Positions 21,027 to 36,000 of a stretch of DNA of 64,000 nt are shown here, piece after piece. The notes beneath the pieces were generated by a model. The model was not told the origin of the DNA and did no database searches. It saw only the letters and a list, made by a program, of their open reading frames with translations. Source of the DNA: Balanoglossus misakiensis (Eukaryota; Animalia; Hemichordata). Every line of letters begins with the position of its first letter. Positions within the stretch are counted from its first letter, which is position 1. A program made the translations under genes and the position numbers. The stretch is taken from NCBI GenBank assembly GCA_040954595.2, contig CM082587.2, positions 9,243,403-9,307,402 of the forward strand, read 5' to 3'.

Positions 21027-24000
21027 ATGGACCCATTTCGAAGGGATATGTACTGGGAAGTGAAGCGAAAGTTGAAAAATCTAGAGCCCGAAAAATTGCG
21101 TCGTTTACCGATTTTGCCACGGATAGCTGCACTCGACGAAGCTTTGTCTCAGGGATTGATATTACCTGCCATACCCACCAACTTGAACAAAACGGTAAGA
21201 AATACATTGTACAAGATGTCTCACAGTGAGACGCGCGCGTTGATTTTAAAATCAATCTGAAGTAATGAAACCGGTAAAACCAAGAAGACTACACGTTAAA
21301 GGTTTTGTAGGAAAGAATTTTCAATACTACACACCTGTTGGTCGGTGTTGGAATTGCACCTGCAAACTGGGTGTCGACACTCGCTTGATCTCAGAGTTGA
21401 CTAAAGTCGACTGAAACTCTTCAGTAGGACGGAATTGTCGAACACTCATGCTTGAACAAACGATTGAACTCGTGTTGTTTGCTTCACCTTTGCTTTGACT
21501 GACTGACTGATAGCTGTCTATGTAATGCTTTCCGCTTTATTTCTTTGTGGCATATTTCGTCTTCCAGTAAAACGTCGACGTTTCTCACAAACGCTGAAAC
21601 AATTCCTACGTGTGGTGTACAGGTAAACTCGAATTTGTGTCGTTGGTTAGTGATGATGAATCGTGAGTAGTTGTGCTGCACTGGGTTATTACAAATCCTG
21701 GCAACTACACCGTCCTGTAAAACTAGGGGCTTTAGTAAAATGTGCGTGACCTAAAATTGTCGTTTGCAAATTCACCTGAAAGTCCTATCAGCTGCAACAC
21801 TGTTCGTTATTTTCATGTTGTTACTTTCAATTTAAGATTTTTTTTAGATTTTAGATAAGTTTACTGGTGGATATATATACAATTGTATTATCAACCTCTG
21901 ATTGGGGCCGTTTAACTGTGAACAAATGAAATAAATAATAAATGAGTGCCGCACCAATTTATCCAAGCCTCTCGTTGCAAGAAGACATACCCATCATGGA
22001 ATGTGCATTTTGGAATCTTCAAAACCTCAAAATGGCGTCGTACAACGACTAAAGCTAGGATCATGAACAGATTGAAGTATTTTATCGTTGAATTATGCTA
22101 AAATTGGCAGTTCGCGGGACTTGAAATTGAGAAATTGCAGCTGTTATATTTCGTAGCAACTGTTTCTACGTCAATCAGCATGATTGAAAAGAATCCTTTA
22201 TTTACGACCACTTCTTACTAATTTATTTGTAAAACGTCAATTACATACCGTTGCCACTAATATAATGACCGAAGACAGGCAACTTAGTTTTTATATGGAA
22301 CTTGAGTTTCCAATGCCAATACTATTTCAAGCATTGCTTTAGAATACATATTCTCTCCCGAATTTTCGCTGGTTTCCAAGGCAACGTGGAAAATATTTGT
22401 AGGCCTAGAACTTAGGCTACATCTATGTCAAACGCCGGAGTTTTTTAATACAGTACTCAGAACCGTGAATTGATGTGCGCGCCAGCATCACAGTTTCATA
22501 AGAAAATAGTGTTTGCGATCTGACGTTTATTTTTTCTTTCACAGCATAGCCCCATCGAACCCGTGCGAACCGTTTCCTTTCCTCCTGTGCCGACAGGGCA
22601 CAGATTCAACTCGCCCAGCAAAGGAAGTTTTAGTAGTTCGTTGCATGGACGTGATTTAGGATTGGCACCCAATCCGTCCATTGCCGAGGAGGTGAGTTCA
22701 CTTGCATAGCCCATATTCAGACCAACATTGCGCAGTACACGACAGCTGTATTTATTGGTCAACATGTTCTCACTGTATAGGAACGATGTTAAACACACGT
22801 CCCCTCAGGGACTAAAGAGACACTATTATATGGGTTTGACCATGGGTTTGACTGAGCGTTACGTGGTGTACACTGCAGTATAACATAGCCTACATATCGC
22901 CTTCAAAAATGGAAAATGTCGACAATATGTCGGGCAGTTTACAAAAAGGCGTCTGAATAGGTGGATCAAAAGCCACATCTAGTGTTTGTTGTTGCCCCAT
23001 GCGATCGAGCCAATGGCATAAATAATGTGTCAACAAACCCACACGAAAGTTTGCACTAACAATAGAATCACTGATGCATGGCAATCTTTTTGTGTGCATT
23101 CTGTGACTGGTCAAATGACCTAACTCTATAGATTGTTTGTAATTTAAATCGGGTTCGTGATTTTTTTGCTTCACGTTTATGTTGGCAGATCGGTGATCGT
23201 CACTGGCGGATACCAGAACGAAGATTACGTCATCGTAATGATCGCAAGATTGTTAGATACCTCAGGGTAAGTCTTACTTAAATTTCCAAAGCGTCCCACT
23301 TGAAAACGGTGTTAATACTTGAACAAGAACAATGTTTTGTATTTCTTCGCAAATAGAGAGAGAGAGCGAGAGTGAAAGGGAGAGAGATTCTTCTCCCTAT
23401 ATATCCTTATTCCATACAATAAACCGTCCATTCTTTCCAAGTTTTTTTTTGTCGGCAGCTCATTTGTGCTTATTTGTATAACAATTAGATGGTAATAAAA
23501 CTATTACACAGCAAATTGAGCGTCAATTACCCTACTAATTGCACGTAAGAGGCATCGATCCCCGGCATCGATCCACGCTCGAGGGTACTCCTCAACATTT
23601 GCATACAGGGGTGTGCGGTTTATGTCCAAAACTTCAACTCTTGCCCCCAAAAATGACCCAATTTACTTTCATTCAGTGGAGTCACCCTAGGGTCACCAGC
23701 CTTTGTACAAGTTCGCTAGAGTTGAATTAGGGAATTTCTTATGCTTTTGTTATCGGGCCATGTATCATAGGCGAAGGAACCGGGACAGCTTTTGAGTCCA
23801 CAAAATGCAGTTTTATACTATAATATTTTCTAACATACCCACCCCTTCACATCTGTTGATTTATCATGTCTACCAGCCACTGTAAATGACTTGTAATTTT
23901 AATTTATGCATGTATTATTTTAAATATTTAAATTTTTTCATGTGTGCAAATTGTCATGATTGTAAGTCATTCACGTGACCAGCAGAATGTTGGTTATATT

Positions 24001-27000
24001 TGCCCCCCCCCCCCCATGAATTGCTTCCCCTGTGTATACATGTAGATTATTTTCGGAAGAAAAGTCGTCCCGTGGTTTGTGTAACAAAGTGGTCCATCCG
24101 ATCTTACCCGTTTACACCTTTGTGCAGGAGTACCACCCTCGGGCATGGAGAAATCACTCTCGTGTCAACAGACGTGTAATCCTACCCATGAAACATACAG
24201 TACATTCGTTTTGTTCTTGCAACTTCTCTGATACTTTTCGGTATGCGTTTACAATCCCCATAAGTCTCCTGACCTTTGATTATTTTTTTTTAATATTTGG
24301 AGTAACACAATTTACTGAGATTGTTGCATGCAGATAAAAATGTGTAAACATCATCACCAAGGTACCATTTTGTTTTGTTCAAACAACTGTCACATTTCAG
24401 TTATAATATATTCTCCTCGCGTATTATACTGCTCGTGTTGAATACATTGCAGATATCCCAAAATCAGTTGCTATCGTGGAAATACATTTATCATATAAAA
24501 TCCTCATCAGATTACTTCACAATATTACTTCTGTTAAATGCACGATAACCTACTCTCTGAAGTCAGTGAAGGTACGAGCGCGTACAGACTGTATACTTAA
24601 TTATTGAAATATCCATAGATCGGACCTGGCCATTTTATATGAGCTCAGTGTTCAAATTCTTAAATCAATTTGAAACCTGATCATCGCCCACCTATGTGGC
24701 AAGGCATTGGAAAAGCTTAATTTTATTGTCTATTAGAATAGCAATAGAATAAAAAATAATTACATCACATGACCTATATTATGTGTAGTAGGTTTAGGTC
24801 ATAATTTCTATCAATTATTTTACCAACGAGCGGAATCAAAATGCTAATCAAGAAAAGACAAAAATGTTAAACGATCAAGAAAAGTCGGGCAGTTTGGAAG
24901 GGAAGCGGCCAATCAATGCATGTGTTACGACGGATGTCTCACAGTTGTTCTTTTTTTATTGAGCTAAATATAAGCTTGTTGTCGCATACTCAGACAGAAT
25001 TTGTTAATAATTAGCAACGTTTCTATTGATTTAACTACGGTATATTTACAATGCTACTACCTTGATTATTGTTTTATGGATTGATCGATCAATAGATCGC
25101 GCGCCCGCCCCGGCCCCGGTCCCAACCAACCACCCGTATATTTTAGGTAGGCAACCAATCACAGCACCGTTTCCAGCGGTCAGCTAAAGCTTAATTGATC
25201 GTGTAGAACGCGTAGTCCCCCTGGAGTCCCCCTCAGAAATTGGCCCAAAACACACGGAAGATCGTTATAAATGGGCAAGTATATATAGCAGGTATGAATT
25301 TTGACATGGAATAGGTGGTATCGATGCCGATTTATTGAAAACATCTACCGAACTTGGAAATGCATGTGTCGACATCTAAGGCCCGCGGGCTCTAGCTGTG
25401 GTACGCAGGCATCAGCCCCCCCCCCCCCCCCCAACGGTACAGCTGCGTACCACAGCTACGCGGGCTCTTCCTCCATGTTTGTAGTGTCTATGTTTGTTTG
25501 TTTGATGCTTCTGATTGATATGTGTGGAGGGACTGTGATATAATAAACAAAAGAAATGTGTTTGTTACCAAAAATGGTCACGTTTGTTGATAATTTAGGG
25601 TAGGGTAGGGTAAGAGACGTAAGGCGTTCATTTACTCCCTATATATATATACAGACGGAGTGAATGACCCCAACCCTAACACAAACACCAACCTATCAAC
25701 AAACAAACAAACTTGACAATATTTGTAAACAAACAAATGTTTTAAATATTTTTTGTTTTGTTTATTATATCAATCTGTAGCATCAAAAAAACAAACATAC
25801 ACACTACAAATTACAAATATGGAGGTAGAGCCCCCTATGGTGTTGATAGTGGATTAAGGGACCGTTCAGTTTTTACGGATCGGGGGGGGGGGGGTGGCAA
25901 GTTTGTGTCATCGGTTTTCAAAATCAAACAGACCCCCCCCTTCACCCTGAGGACCAAAAAATGATGACCCCCCTTTGACAGGCCAAAAAATATTATGATG
26001 ACCCCCCCCCCCCAAAAAAAAAAAAAAAAAAAACCATTCACCGTCCTGATCTTATGTACACTGTATGCAATAAAGAGAAAGAGGCTCCTCACGCCTCAAT
26101 TATAAATTTCTTTATAATTGAAGTGTATAATAGTTTAGCATTGCAATAAAGAAATCTATGAATAATTTAAAATGACAAGTCAATACAATAGTTAGTAGAA
26201 TTGGTAAAACAAGAAATATGGGAGGGGGACACCCCCTCCAACATTAGCAAATTTGTAAAATAAAGGTCGCAAAACTGCAATTTTGTGGACTCAAAAGCAA
26301 ACGTCCGGTGGCAAAAGTGTTTGACCCCCCCACTAAACGTTTAAAAAAAAAGATGACCCCCTCTTGGATTTCAAAATTTAAGTGATTTTTGGTATTTGGT
26401 TGCGGATTAAGATCTCTCAGGTGCATATAAGCATATTTGGGTGAAATGATCATCTCGCTTCGCTATCCACACGGCGCGACGACCCATTCCCTTTAAATTA
26501 ATGGTGAAGTTTACTGAACCATGATGCAAAATTAATAAGTCGCCCTTTGAAGCATATTGTCTCTCTATATTCCTTCCTCCAACATGTCACCATGTTGATT
26601 AGAAGCAGTGAAAATGTATAGGCAGTATTAAATGGACCATATTACGGATTAATTGTCACTCAGATTTGCAAGATATGATTTCCTGAATTGTTTTGGGTTG
26701 TATTTTTGTAGAGACAGCTCAGAAAACGAATGCAGCAGTGGTATGACGACATTGAAGATGACGAGGGACTAGCAATCGATGAAAAACATGACAGAGTACC
26801 AACCCAGTTACATTCAGTACCCTTCAACAAGGTCAGTTTAAGTCACAAATGTTAGCTATTCAAGAACAGTCATACTGCTAAGGACATATGCTATTACAGG
26901 ATTGAGCTAACTTTAACCCTTTCAACACCGTGGTTTGGTCCAAATCCATTGTTTTTTATGGTACATTTGGACCTCTACAAAGGGAAATGGGGTGAGCAAA

Positions 27001-30000
27001 CTCAAAGCTACTTTGGTCTGAGATCTCTGACCAACTTTTTATGGCAATACTAAGTGTATGAGTTTTTTGTTCATTTCTCAGAATCCTGATTGGAATGGAA
27101 AGAAGGACATATTTAGCCAGTACAATGATTTGGGTGGCCGACTTAGTAAAGAAAGTAGTTTTATCGAAAGAGGACCACTGCCACCTCAAGAGCCTACTAA
27201 GTCAACAAACTTGGGAACTCTCTCTCCAATTCCTCAAGCTGAAAGGAAAAGTGAAACACCTAATGGAAGTATTATGAAAGTGGTAAATGGTGGCCTAGCC
27301 AAAGGTGTAACATTTGCTGAACAAGAATTCGAAATTGTTGGCCTTGATGAGAAGCATCGTCCAAAGAGTGCAAGCGAGTTATCTCTTGCATCAGTTAGTA
27401 GTGGCAGTTGGAGCAGACAAGTGCCTGATAGTCTGCCCGAATTAAGTACCACACCAATACCAACTCCAAATGGTCTAGAAGTTTTGGCACAGTCATCAGA
27501 TGAGGAGCAAAAAATCAAGTTACCTGCTATTTCCATGGCAACGACAAAGGAATCCATGGCAACACCACCACCAAAGGAAATGATGGCTGAAAGTCCGGTT
27601 GAAATAGACAATGATAATGTGGAAAGTGAACTGAGACAAGTAGAAGAACGACCAGATACCAGGAGTAGTTCGGATTCAGATGCAGTGCAAAGATGGGCTT
27701 TCACACCAGTTCAAACACCATATCCATTACCAGTTGGACGATCAGACACCTGCGACTATCTGAAACTCAGTTACAAGGACACTGTAGATGCCATCCTGAA
27801 AGGAAGACTTGATGTCAAATGTCATATCAATAAGAGAATAATCAGAATGTACATCTCATCCAATATTTCAGGTAATTTATATTTTTTATTTATTTATTTA
27901 TTTAATTCATCGATAGTATGTCTACACTTTGGATAGGAATCCTGGAACAGGTGCAAATCACCTCAGTCCTCCAGACCAATAAGAAGTAAAATGCCTTGCT
28001 CAAGGGCACAATATTGTAGCCATGAAATTACCATCCTCAAATAGAAAATGTTAAATCCATGCCTATGTGCGGGTTTGCATGCAGGGTATCGAACCCACAA
28101 CCCTCAGATTGTGAGTCTGGTACCTTGACCACTAGGCCACGATGCCTCTCTGTTTTAAATTTTTAAGAACAGAGACATTTTCCTGATCACTGTTTTATCA
28201 TGGCAATAATATTTTTCAGAAGGGGTTTACTTGGTACTGGAGTTAAAAAGCCCGTAAGATATAACAGTGTAAAGATTTTACTGTCACCTTTTTGTAAAAT
28301 TCTTCAATCATGAAAATTTCTGACTGTTTGACATAGAAAATAATCAAAATATTGTGATCATAGCCAGGCTGAAGACCTACATATACCACAATTAGTAAAG
28401 AGCTATTTCAAATACATGTATAATATAAGTACAGACTCAAGCGAGAATTTTCCTTAGAGGGTAAATGCAGTCACCAGTACATTATTAATCTTTATGATGC
28501 ATACCGGTACATAGTGTGTATGGACAGTGTGGGTAATATTTTTTAATGCATTCTTTCAGATTGTGAAGCAGAAAGAAATGCTTTGATGGAGAAAGTTTAT
28601 CCAAGATTACAACACTATTGTAAAGAAAGAGGATATGAATTTCAAATGAGTGATCCAAATTGGCCCTTGAAAGACAACATATATGATGACCATAGCCATG
28701 AGGAACTCTGCCTGCGCGAATTACAGTTAGCTAAAGACATTTCACTGGGACCTAACTTTGTGGTGAGTTTGGCATGTTAAGTTTGATCATTCGCTGAATT
28801 CGAAGTCACAAATGAATTCTCTTTCACTGTGTGATGGATTTCGATTCTCAAAACTTGTACAGATGGATCGCATACTGATATTCTCTCTTTCATGTTTATC
28901 TCAGACTTTCCTGAGTCAAAAGTATGGTCCAAGTGTACTTCCAACAACCGTACCAGTGGATGAATTCAAGAAGATTATCTCAGTTATACAAAAAGGCAAA
29001 GAAGCATACCTTGCAAGTCATCAAACACATGTGGCCGAAAGTAAACCTACAGTACCAGTAGGGCTAGAAAGTGAAAAAACCAGTGACAGTCTTAAATCAA
29101 CAACTAATGACATGACAACAGAAGGTGACAATACACAAACCAGGTAGGGGGCTCTTAAAGAAAATACGGCAAACTGTATGAGAATTGCAATCATGAACTA
29201 CTAAAATGACAGCTTATATTAACCATCATTTCACTGATACTTATGGTGATCACAAGGTATATGTGAATATAATCTTTATGGCCTTGATGCAGGTTTTGTG
29301 GACCTCAGTCATACGGCTCTCACACCCTCACTGCAGTCGGGCACTGAATCCATCGTACAATCACGTCTGAAAATCCTGTACCATCAGGGCCGTAATGATT
29401 ATTCTATTACACTAAGCCATTACATTTTATATTGAATTTAAATTTTTTTTTGCAATCTTTAAGATGGGTCAACCGTATCTTTTTGCCGATTGCTATGGTC
29501 CTATATAGAGCAGTACACTCAGTTTTGTATGAAAGTCTGATCAAGAGCTTGTAACTTGAGGAAAATACGCACAATTGTGATCACACACCCCTGTCCGAGT
29601 ATGACTACACCACCTACAATTTGGCCATAGATTTCAACAGGCCTTTTCCATTCCCCATTCGCTTTCTGTCCTACCCATATAAAAGATAATGTTGGCTGTG
29701 ATGAGTGATACAAACATATGTCAATGTGAATGTTGTTCTAATACTGAAACAACTGGGCTGATACTGACATATATTTCCTCTTTTCAGTGAAGGGGAAGTC
29801 AAAGCTGAAGTATCAGTGGACACAGGAACAAAGGAAAATAAACCACCATCAAATGAAATACATGTAGATGAGGCATTTGACAGAAGGAAAACAGATCGTG
29901 AATATGATGCTGAGATTGCTATACTCAATTTGTGGTATAAATTAGATGAGAACATGGTGCCATCAATGTATAGATTGCAGCCAATCAGGTGAGACTGGCT

Positions 30001-33000
30001 GGAATTACCATCAACTATGCTGCTATCACGCATGCTATTAAAGGGACAAAGTCTCTCTCTCGCTGTCCCTTTCTCACTAATTATGTTTGATACAAAACAC
30101 CGTTTATGTTATTCTACATGTGGATATATGGTGAATCAACATTCGACCACACACAACTTCCACCCCACTTGTAGACACGAGAGTGACCGATATGTGCAAA
30201 CATTGAATTACCAGCTGTGCATTCACATGTGTATGCCAAGAAACATATGGGCCTTTAATAGTCATCCATGGCTTTCTATTATTCTCATTACAGCTCCCAG
30301 TATAAGGATATCAACCATCACGATAAATTCCGAAGAAAGTCGGCCAAACAACAGTGGACAACTCAGTGCAGGCGCCTGGAATCCATTTTCCAAAATTATA
30401 TCAAAGATGTGACAGTGGATCAGCAAAGGATTGATGAGTACATCAAATCCAGTATGTATAAATAATGACAATGAAATATTATTATTTAAATATGATAATT
30501 ATTGTCCAAGTAGAATGATCGGTAATGATCGGTGCAAAAATGGTATGTACATGGCCACCATGACATCATGTCATTAAAAACAAAAGAATATTCTGTAGAA
30601 GGCTGTATTTGAGAGGAAATCTCCCATATTGTTGACTATCAACTAGTTTATTGAGAGGGTATCTGTTGAATTTCTTCCTATGGTTGTCTCAAAGATGTAT
30701 TATAATAATTTATTTCTGGATATATTTTGTAATTTTCCACCAAACAGAACTTAAAATGTGTATGTCTTAAAGATTGAAACTGATTTTCTCCTTGTAGCTC
30801 TTGAAAAAGAAATCGAAGAAGGGATTTTGAATCTGAAAGAAAAACCATATGAAACAGTGCAGTGGTTTCGTCGTAACATCACTGACTTAAAGTTCAACCT
30901 GGGTGATTTGACTGCAAAGGAATATGTTGACTTGGTAGCTGATGGAACTGATGAAAATAAACTAGATCCAGTTCGAACAAAAAGACTTCATGAATTAACA
31001 AAGAAAATACCATCTAAAGTAAGTTTCATGTCATACCTATCAATGTAAAGTAACATCATGTATAGTCAAATTGTCAATCTGAATTCAGCATGTGCAAACC
31101 CAATGAAACTTGTGACATGACTTCAAACAAGAAGTCTTTTTATCACATATTGCTCTTTAAAACTTGTAGTCAGCTTTATATACATGTCTCTTTTGCCAGG
31201 TGAGTTTAGCACAGATGCATGAGTACAGTGTTAGTTGGCATCAAGACGGTATCAAGCCGGACAAAAATCGTGGACACCTGCTGTATGTAGAGAAAATGTC
31301 CAATGACTTGTTCAGCATAATGCGTGCAAAGATTGACCATACCATTCAGAAGAATGCTGCAGCTAGAGATACCAAGAGGAGATTATATGATGCAATAACA
31401 CCCCATGTGACATTTGTCAGGGAAAGGTGGGTTCACTATAGATTCATTATGTGCTGGCATTGAAATTTTTTTAACCAATTTTGCTGACATTCGACCTACT
31501 TAGCTTGGCATCTATTGTATTATATATATTTGATAAGATGGAACATAAATTTGATTTGCATTATAGATGGAAATGGTTTTAGGTGACCATGCCTCTGGTT
31601 TGAGGATATGCATGTGGAGCATAGTTTTCAGTAGCTCCTGTTCATTGAAACTCCTCTTGGATATAAAAACTCCTCCTAATGTCAACATTTTCAAAAGATG
31701 CTTAAAAGAGCATTAGTTGTAACTTTTGGCTTTATTTTCAGTATTTCTGTTCTGTGTATCAAATGCAATTTCTTGTGTGTCTTTTAATTGTGGACAATCT
31801 AGTAGTGTTGACGCTTGCTGTAATTGAAATAAAGCCTTTTAAAGTTTCTTAAGATGATGTATTTCTTTTACAGATCACGAGACTTTAATGGTCGAAAGGA
31901 AGTATTGAACAGAATCAAGGAGTACATCAGGTTTGGTCCTCGCAAACCACTCATATTGCATGGAAAATCAGGCTATGGAAAAACATCCATCATGGCTAAA
32001 GCTGCAAGAGATGCTCCAAACTGGATCAAAAGGTGAGTTTCCTTCAGCCAGGAGAAAGGATAAAGGGTTCAGTATACACATATTGACTGGCCATGAGGGT
32101 CACCCCCTTAAAACAGACTGTTGTTTTTGAAGTGAGCAGGCATCATTTTTCGGAACTGATGCCCGCCAGACAACAGTTCCGACAACTGATGACTGATGAC
32201 ATCGTTTTATATGTATCAGCACAAAAAGAAAGCATACCACATGACTATCGATTGACGAATGAGAACACAGACTGTGGATGAGGTGTGTTACAATGAAAAT
32301 TGCCTTATTGTACATAAAGTCTCAGACACCCGGACACCCGCCTCTCATGGATAAAAGCTAAACAGGACACATTTAGAAAAAAGATCGTCTACCATCCTTC
32401 ATATTTTCCCAAGAGAAATTGTAAACTCTTTTACATTAGTATTGTGATGCAAATTAACCACCACACTATCAGGAATCCCTTTTTACTTTGCTTGTTCGCT
32501 ATTTTTGCTGATTAGAAGTGGCATTTTGTTCAAAGGAAGTTGTCGTGAGATGAAAAACTGAAAAATGTTGTGTTTTTCCCAGTAATTCTTTGGAGTTTTT
32601 GTTTATTTTAAAACCAATTCGTTTTAGAGCCATAAATACTTGTGCAGTCTGACAATTAGTGACCTTGTAGGAGAATATCAACATAAATTTTTTAATTCTG
32701 CCAACTAACTGATTTCTTTGAATATTTCCAGCGGTGATCCTTCAGTGGTTGTCCGTATGATTGGTGTAACTGGGGAAAGTGTTCATATCCGACAATTGCT
32801 ACAAAGCATGAGTCTTCAGCTCTGTTACATATTTGAGCAGGATACATCTTTAGTTCCTCAGGTAAGTGTTATTCACAATATACCGTACATGTATATAAAT
32901 TGAATGTTGAGTCACGTTGGATCTCCAATTCTTAACTATCAATCATGTGATCTGGCCATGTGACCCACGACGTTGTCATTTCCAGGTGACAGGCAAGCAA

Positions 33001-36000
33001 TCTTTCTGCACCCAGTAAAAGTTTTTCCGAGTATGTTTTTACTTTAAAACCGCCAGACACGTAACATGTATCAGGTATAATGCCTTATCAGCCTCATGGA
33101 GTTTCGTCTGCACAGTCTTTGTCTGCACCACTTTGTTGAAGTTGCCCGTCATCTGGAAATTTGAATGCCAACGTAACTGCGCCTGAGCGCGTCTGATGTC
33201 ATTTGATATCAAAGAATAGTCCATTCATGTATGTGATTGTGAGGACTTCCTTTGACGCGAAAATAACCCGTTTTACAGTATTCAATGGCATTTCAAATTT
33301 TGCATGTCATAATTTGCAAGCACCATTTTTATCACATGTTCACATACTTTTGCCATTCTTCATCAAGACATTGTGAAAAGATTACTTTCAGTTATGATTT
33401 ATTCCATATATAATTGTTATTTGGATTTATACATTTTTTGATATTATGTTGATTTATATTAATTCAGTTGGAAATTCCTTTCAAAAATTTGTACTTTTCC
33501 TTTTTTGTCAGCAATACCGTGGTGTTCTGAATGATTTCAACAGTCGACTGGCAAGTGCAAGTCCAGAAAAACCTCTGTTTGTGTTCCTTGATTCACTGGA
33601 TCAGCTGTCGGATGAAAACAATGCACGCGCCTTACAATGGCTACCGACAGAACTACCTGAAAATGTTTACATGATAGTGTCAACATTGTCCGAAGATACA
33701 TATGATACTTTCAAGACATTAAAGGTAATAATCAAGTCGCTGGTTAAAGGGACAAAGGCTCTCTCTCCCTTTTCCATTAATTATGTTTGATACAAGACAA
33801 AGTTCGACCACACACAAATTCCATCCTGTTTGTAGGATATGAGAGTAAAAATCTCGCCAAAATGAATAAATGGTAGAGACCGATTATTCATATTGGCGAG
33901 TTTTTCACTCTTGTGTCTACAATTGGGATGGAAGGTGTATTTGGTTGAACATTGATTCACTATATATCCACATGTAGAATAACATATTATTAAACAGTGT
34001 CTTGTATCAAACATAATTAATAGGAAAAGGGCAGCAAGAGAGAGACTTTGTCCCTTTCAGGATTGTTGTCCAAGAATCAGTTAAATACTCATTTTCATTC
34101 CTTTTTATAATCTCCTGTAAAATTACTATTGAAAATTGTAGTGAAAATTGGAAAAGTTTATGGGCACACCACCTTTGTGGATAACTCCACACATCGAGTC
34201 TTTTGAAATAGGCTTGTACAGGACAGAATTGTTTGAGAAGTTTTCTGCTACAGAACTCATTATAATCGGATAAAAGGTAAAAGTTGCAGGGTGCAACTAA
34301 TAAATTTGTGTGCATCGATCTTCAAAGAGAGATAAATAATACGTTCACTTTGATCATAGAGGTATCAAGTAGAGTGTACTGGATATGATGATATCCTCAC
34401 ACCTCCTGACAAAATCAAGTCTCTCTTTAATTAAATATTTAACAATTTTTTTACTGAGAGTATCATTTTTTGTTGTACATGTACATTCACGTATATTTTT
34501 CTGCTGCAGAGATTATTCAACAGTGCTGACAACTTTGTTGAAATTCCGGAACTTCCAGAAAGTGATGCAGTATTCATCTTGGAACATTTGTTGGAACAAG
34601 AAAGTCGTACATTGACAGATGAACAACATGATGCTGTATTGAAGTCATTTCGTAATTGCCCTTCCCCACTTTTCTTGAGATTGCTTTTTGAAGAAACTCG
34701 TCTGTGGAGGAGTTCATCAGCTGACAAACAGATCTGGTTGCCATCAGCGATAAGTAAAATTTTCAATGGTAAGCTGTTAAGTTAGCAGAATAATCTATTG
34801 TCTGTGAGAAAAGAAATATTTCATCCTCCCAGTGTATTGTTCGACTCAGAAGATTTGCCTGACGCTTCTAATGAACACCTATTGCCTGGCCATGGGGGTC
34901 ACAGCAGCCGTTTATTACCCCCGAGGGGAAATAGCATATGATTCTGGTAACGCACAGTCACGAGGGGGTTAAAATGGCTGCTATGGGCCGAATATAGGCC
35001 AGGCTATAGGTGTTTTATAATAAACCTCATGCTAACGACGCGACACTGATTGACGTGACCCAAGTCTGTGAACTCACGTTGGTCATGTGACCGGTTTATA
35101 TTTTTTTCTGCTAGTTCCCTAGGGATTCATAGTCGATTCTATTTTCCTATCACGTGACGGATTCTGGCGAATCATGACACAGTATTAGTATTAGGTACAA
35201 TGTATATTATAATCAACAGTATGATACATATGGTGTTCACACAGAGACCATTGAAATGTTCCTGAAATGTGTCTGCACAAATACTGGCATAATTCATCAG
35301 ATTTGAGACAGTTTTGCCAGCCAGACCTTAAACCGTTGTAAAGGGTTAACACTTATCCACAACATGCTGTCTATGGGGGCAATAGACAATAGGGTTTCCC
35401 CCCAAATCTGGGCTTAAAATAGTATTCATGGGTTTTCTTTCCAGTACTATTCAGTCGGATGGAAATGAAACATGGTGAACCATTTGTGAGGAGAGCCTTG
35501 GGGTATATCACTGCAGCCCGTAGTGGTGTCACACAATCTGAACTGCTGGATTTGCTCTCATTGGACGAATTGGTTCTCGGGGATGTCTCCAATCATGTGC
35601 CGCTGCCCGTTCGAAGATTTCCACCGTTGCTCTGGATGAGACTGAGACAAGATTTACAGTGGTATCTTGTGGAACATTCAGCAGATTATCAGTGGACTTA
35701 CCGTTGGTGTCACACACAGCTACATGAAGCTGCTGTTGAGAGGTAAGCTTGAAGCTTTGACCTGTGTGTGTGCAAGTGTCTTGGTGTATAAAGTACTATA
35801 CAACAACATGACATGTTTGTGATACTGAGTTTTATAATCCATGGTAATTTCATTGATACTTGTGTGTGAAATGGTTATTTTGGGCTGGAAATCCCTAAAA
35901 AATCAATTTCATGACAATATAACAATACTAATACTGCATCTATTTATGTTTTAATTAACATGTATACGTATTATACACCGTTCGTTGGTTTGTTTGTCTG

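Noticed and set aside
25596-25680. Interstitial telomere
   Set aside because: Only a few imperfect TAGGG units, forming the inverted arms of a foldback element.
27234-27704. 156-aa minus-strand ORF (similarly 37050-37370, 41170-41517, 58500-58844)
   Set aside because: Antisense shadows of real plus-strand exons; no independent protein features.
28082-28148. Possible tRNA gene
   Set aside because: A and B boxes are present, but there is no convincing acceptor stem and it is followed by a SINE central-domain motif; called as a SINE.
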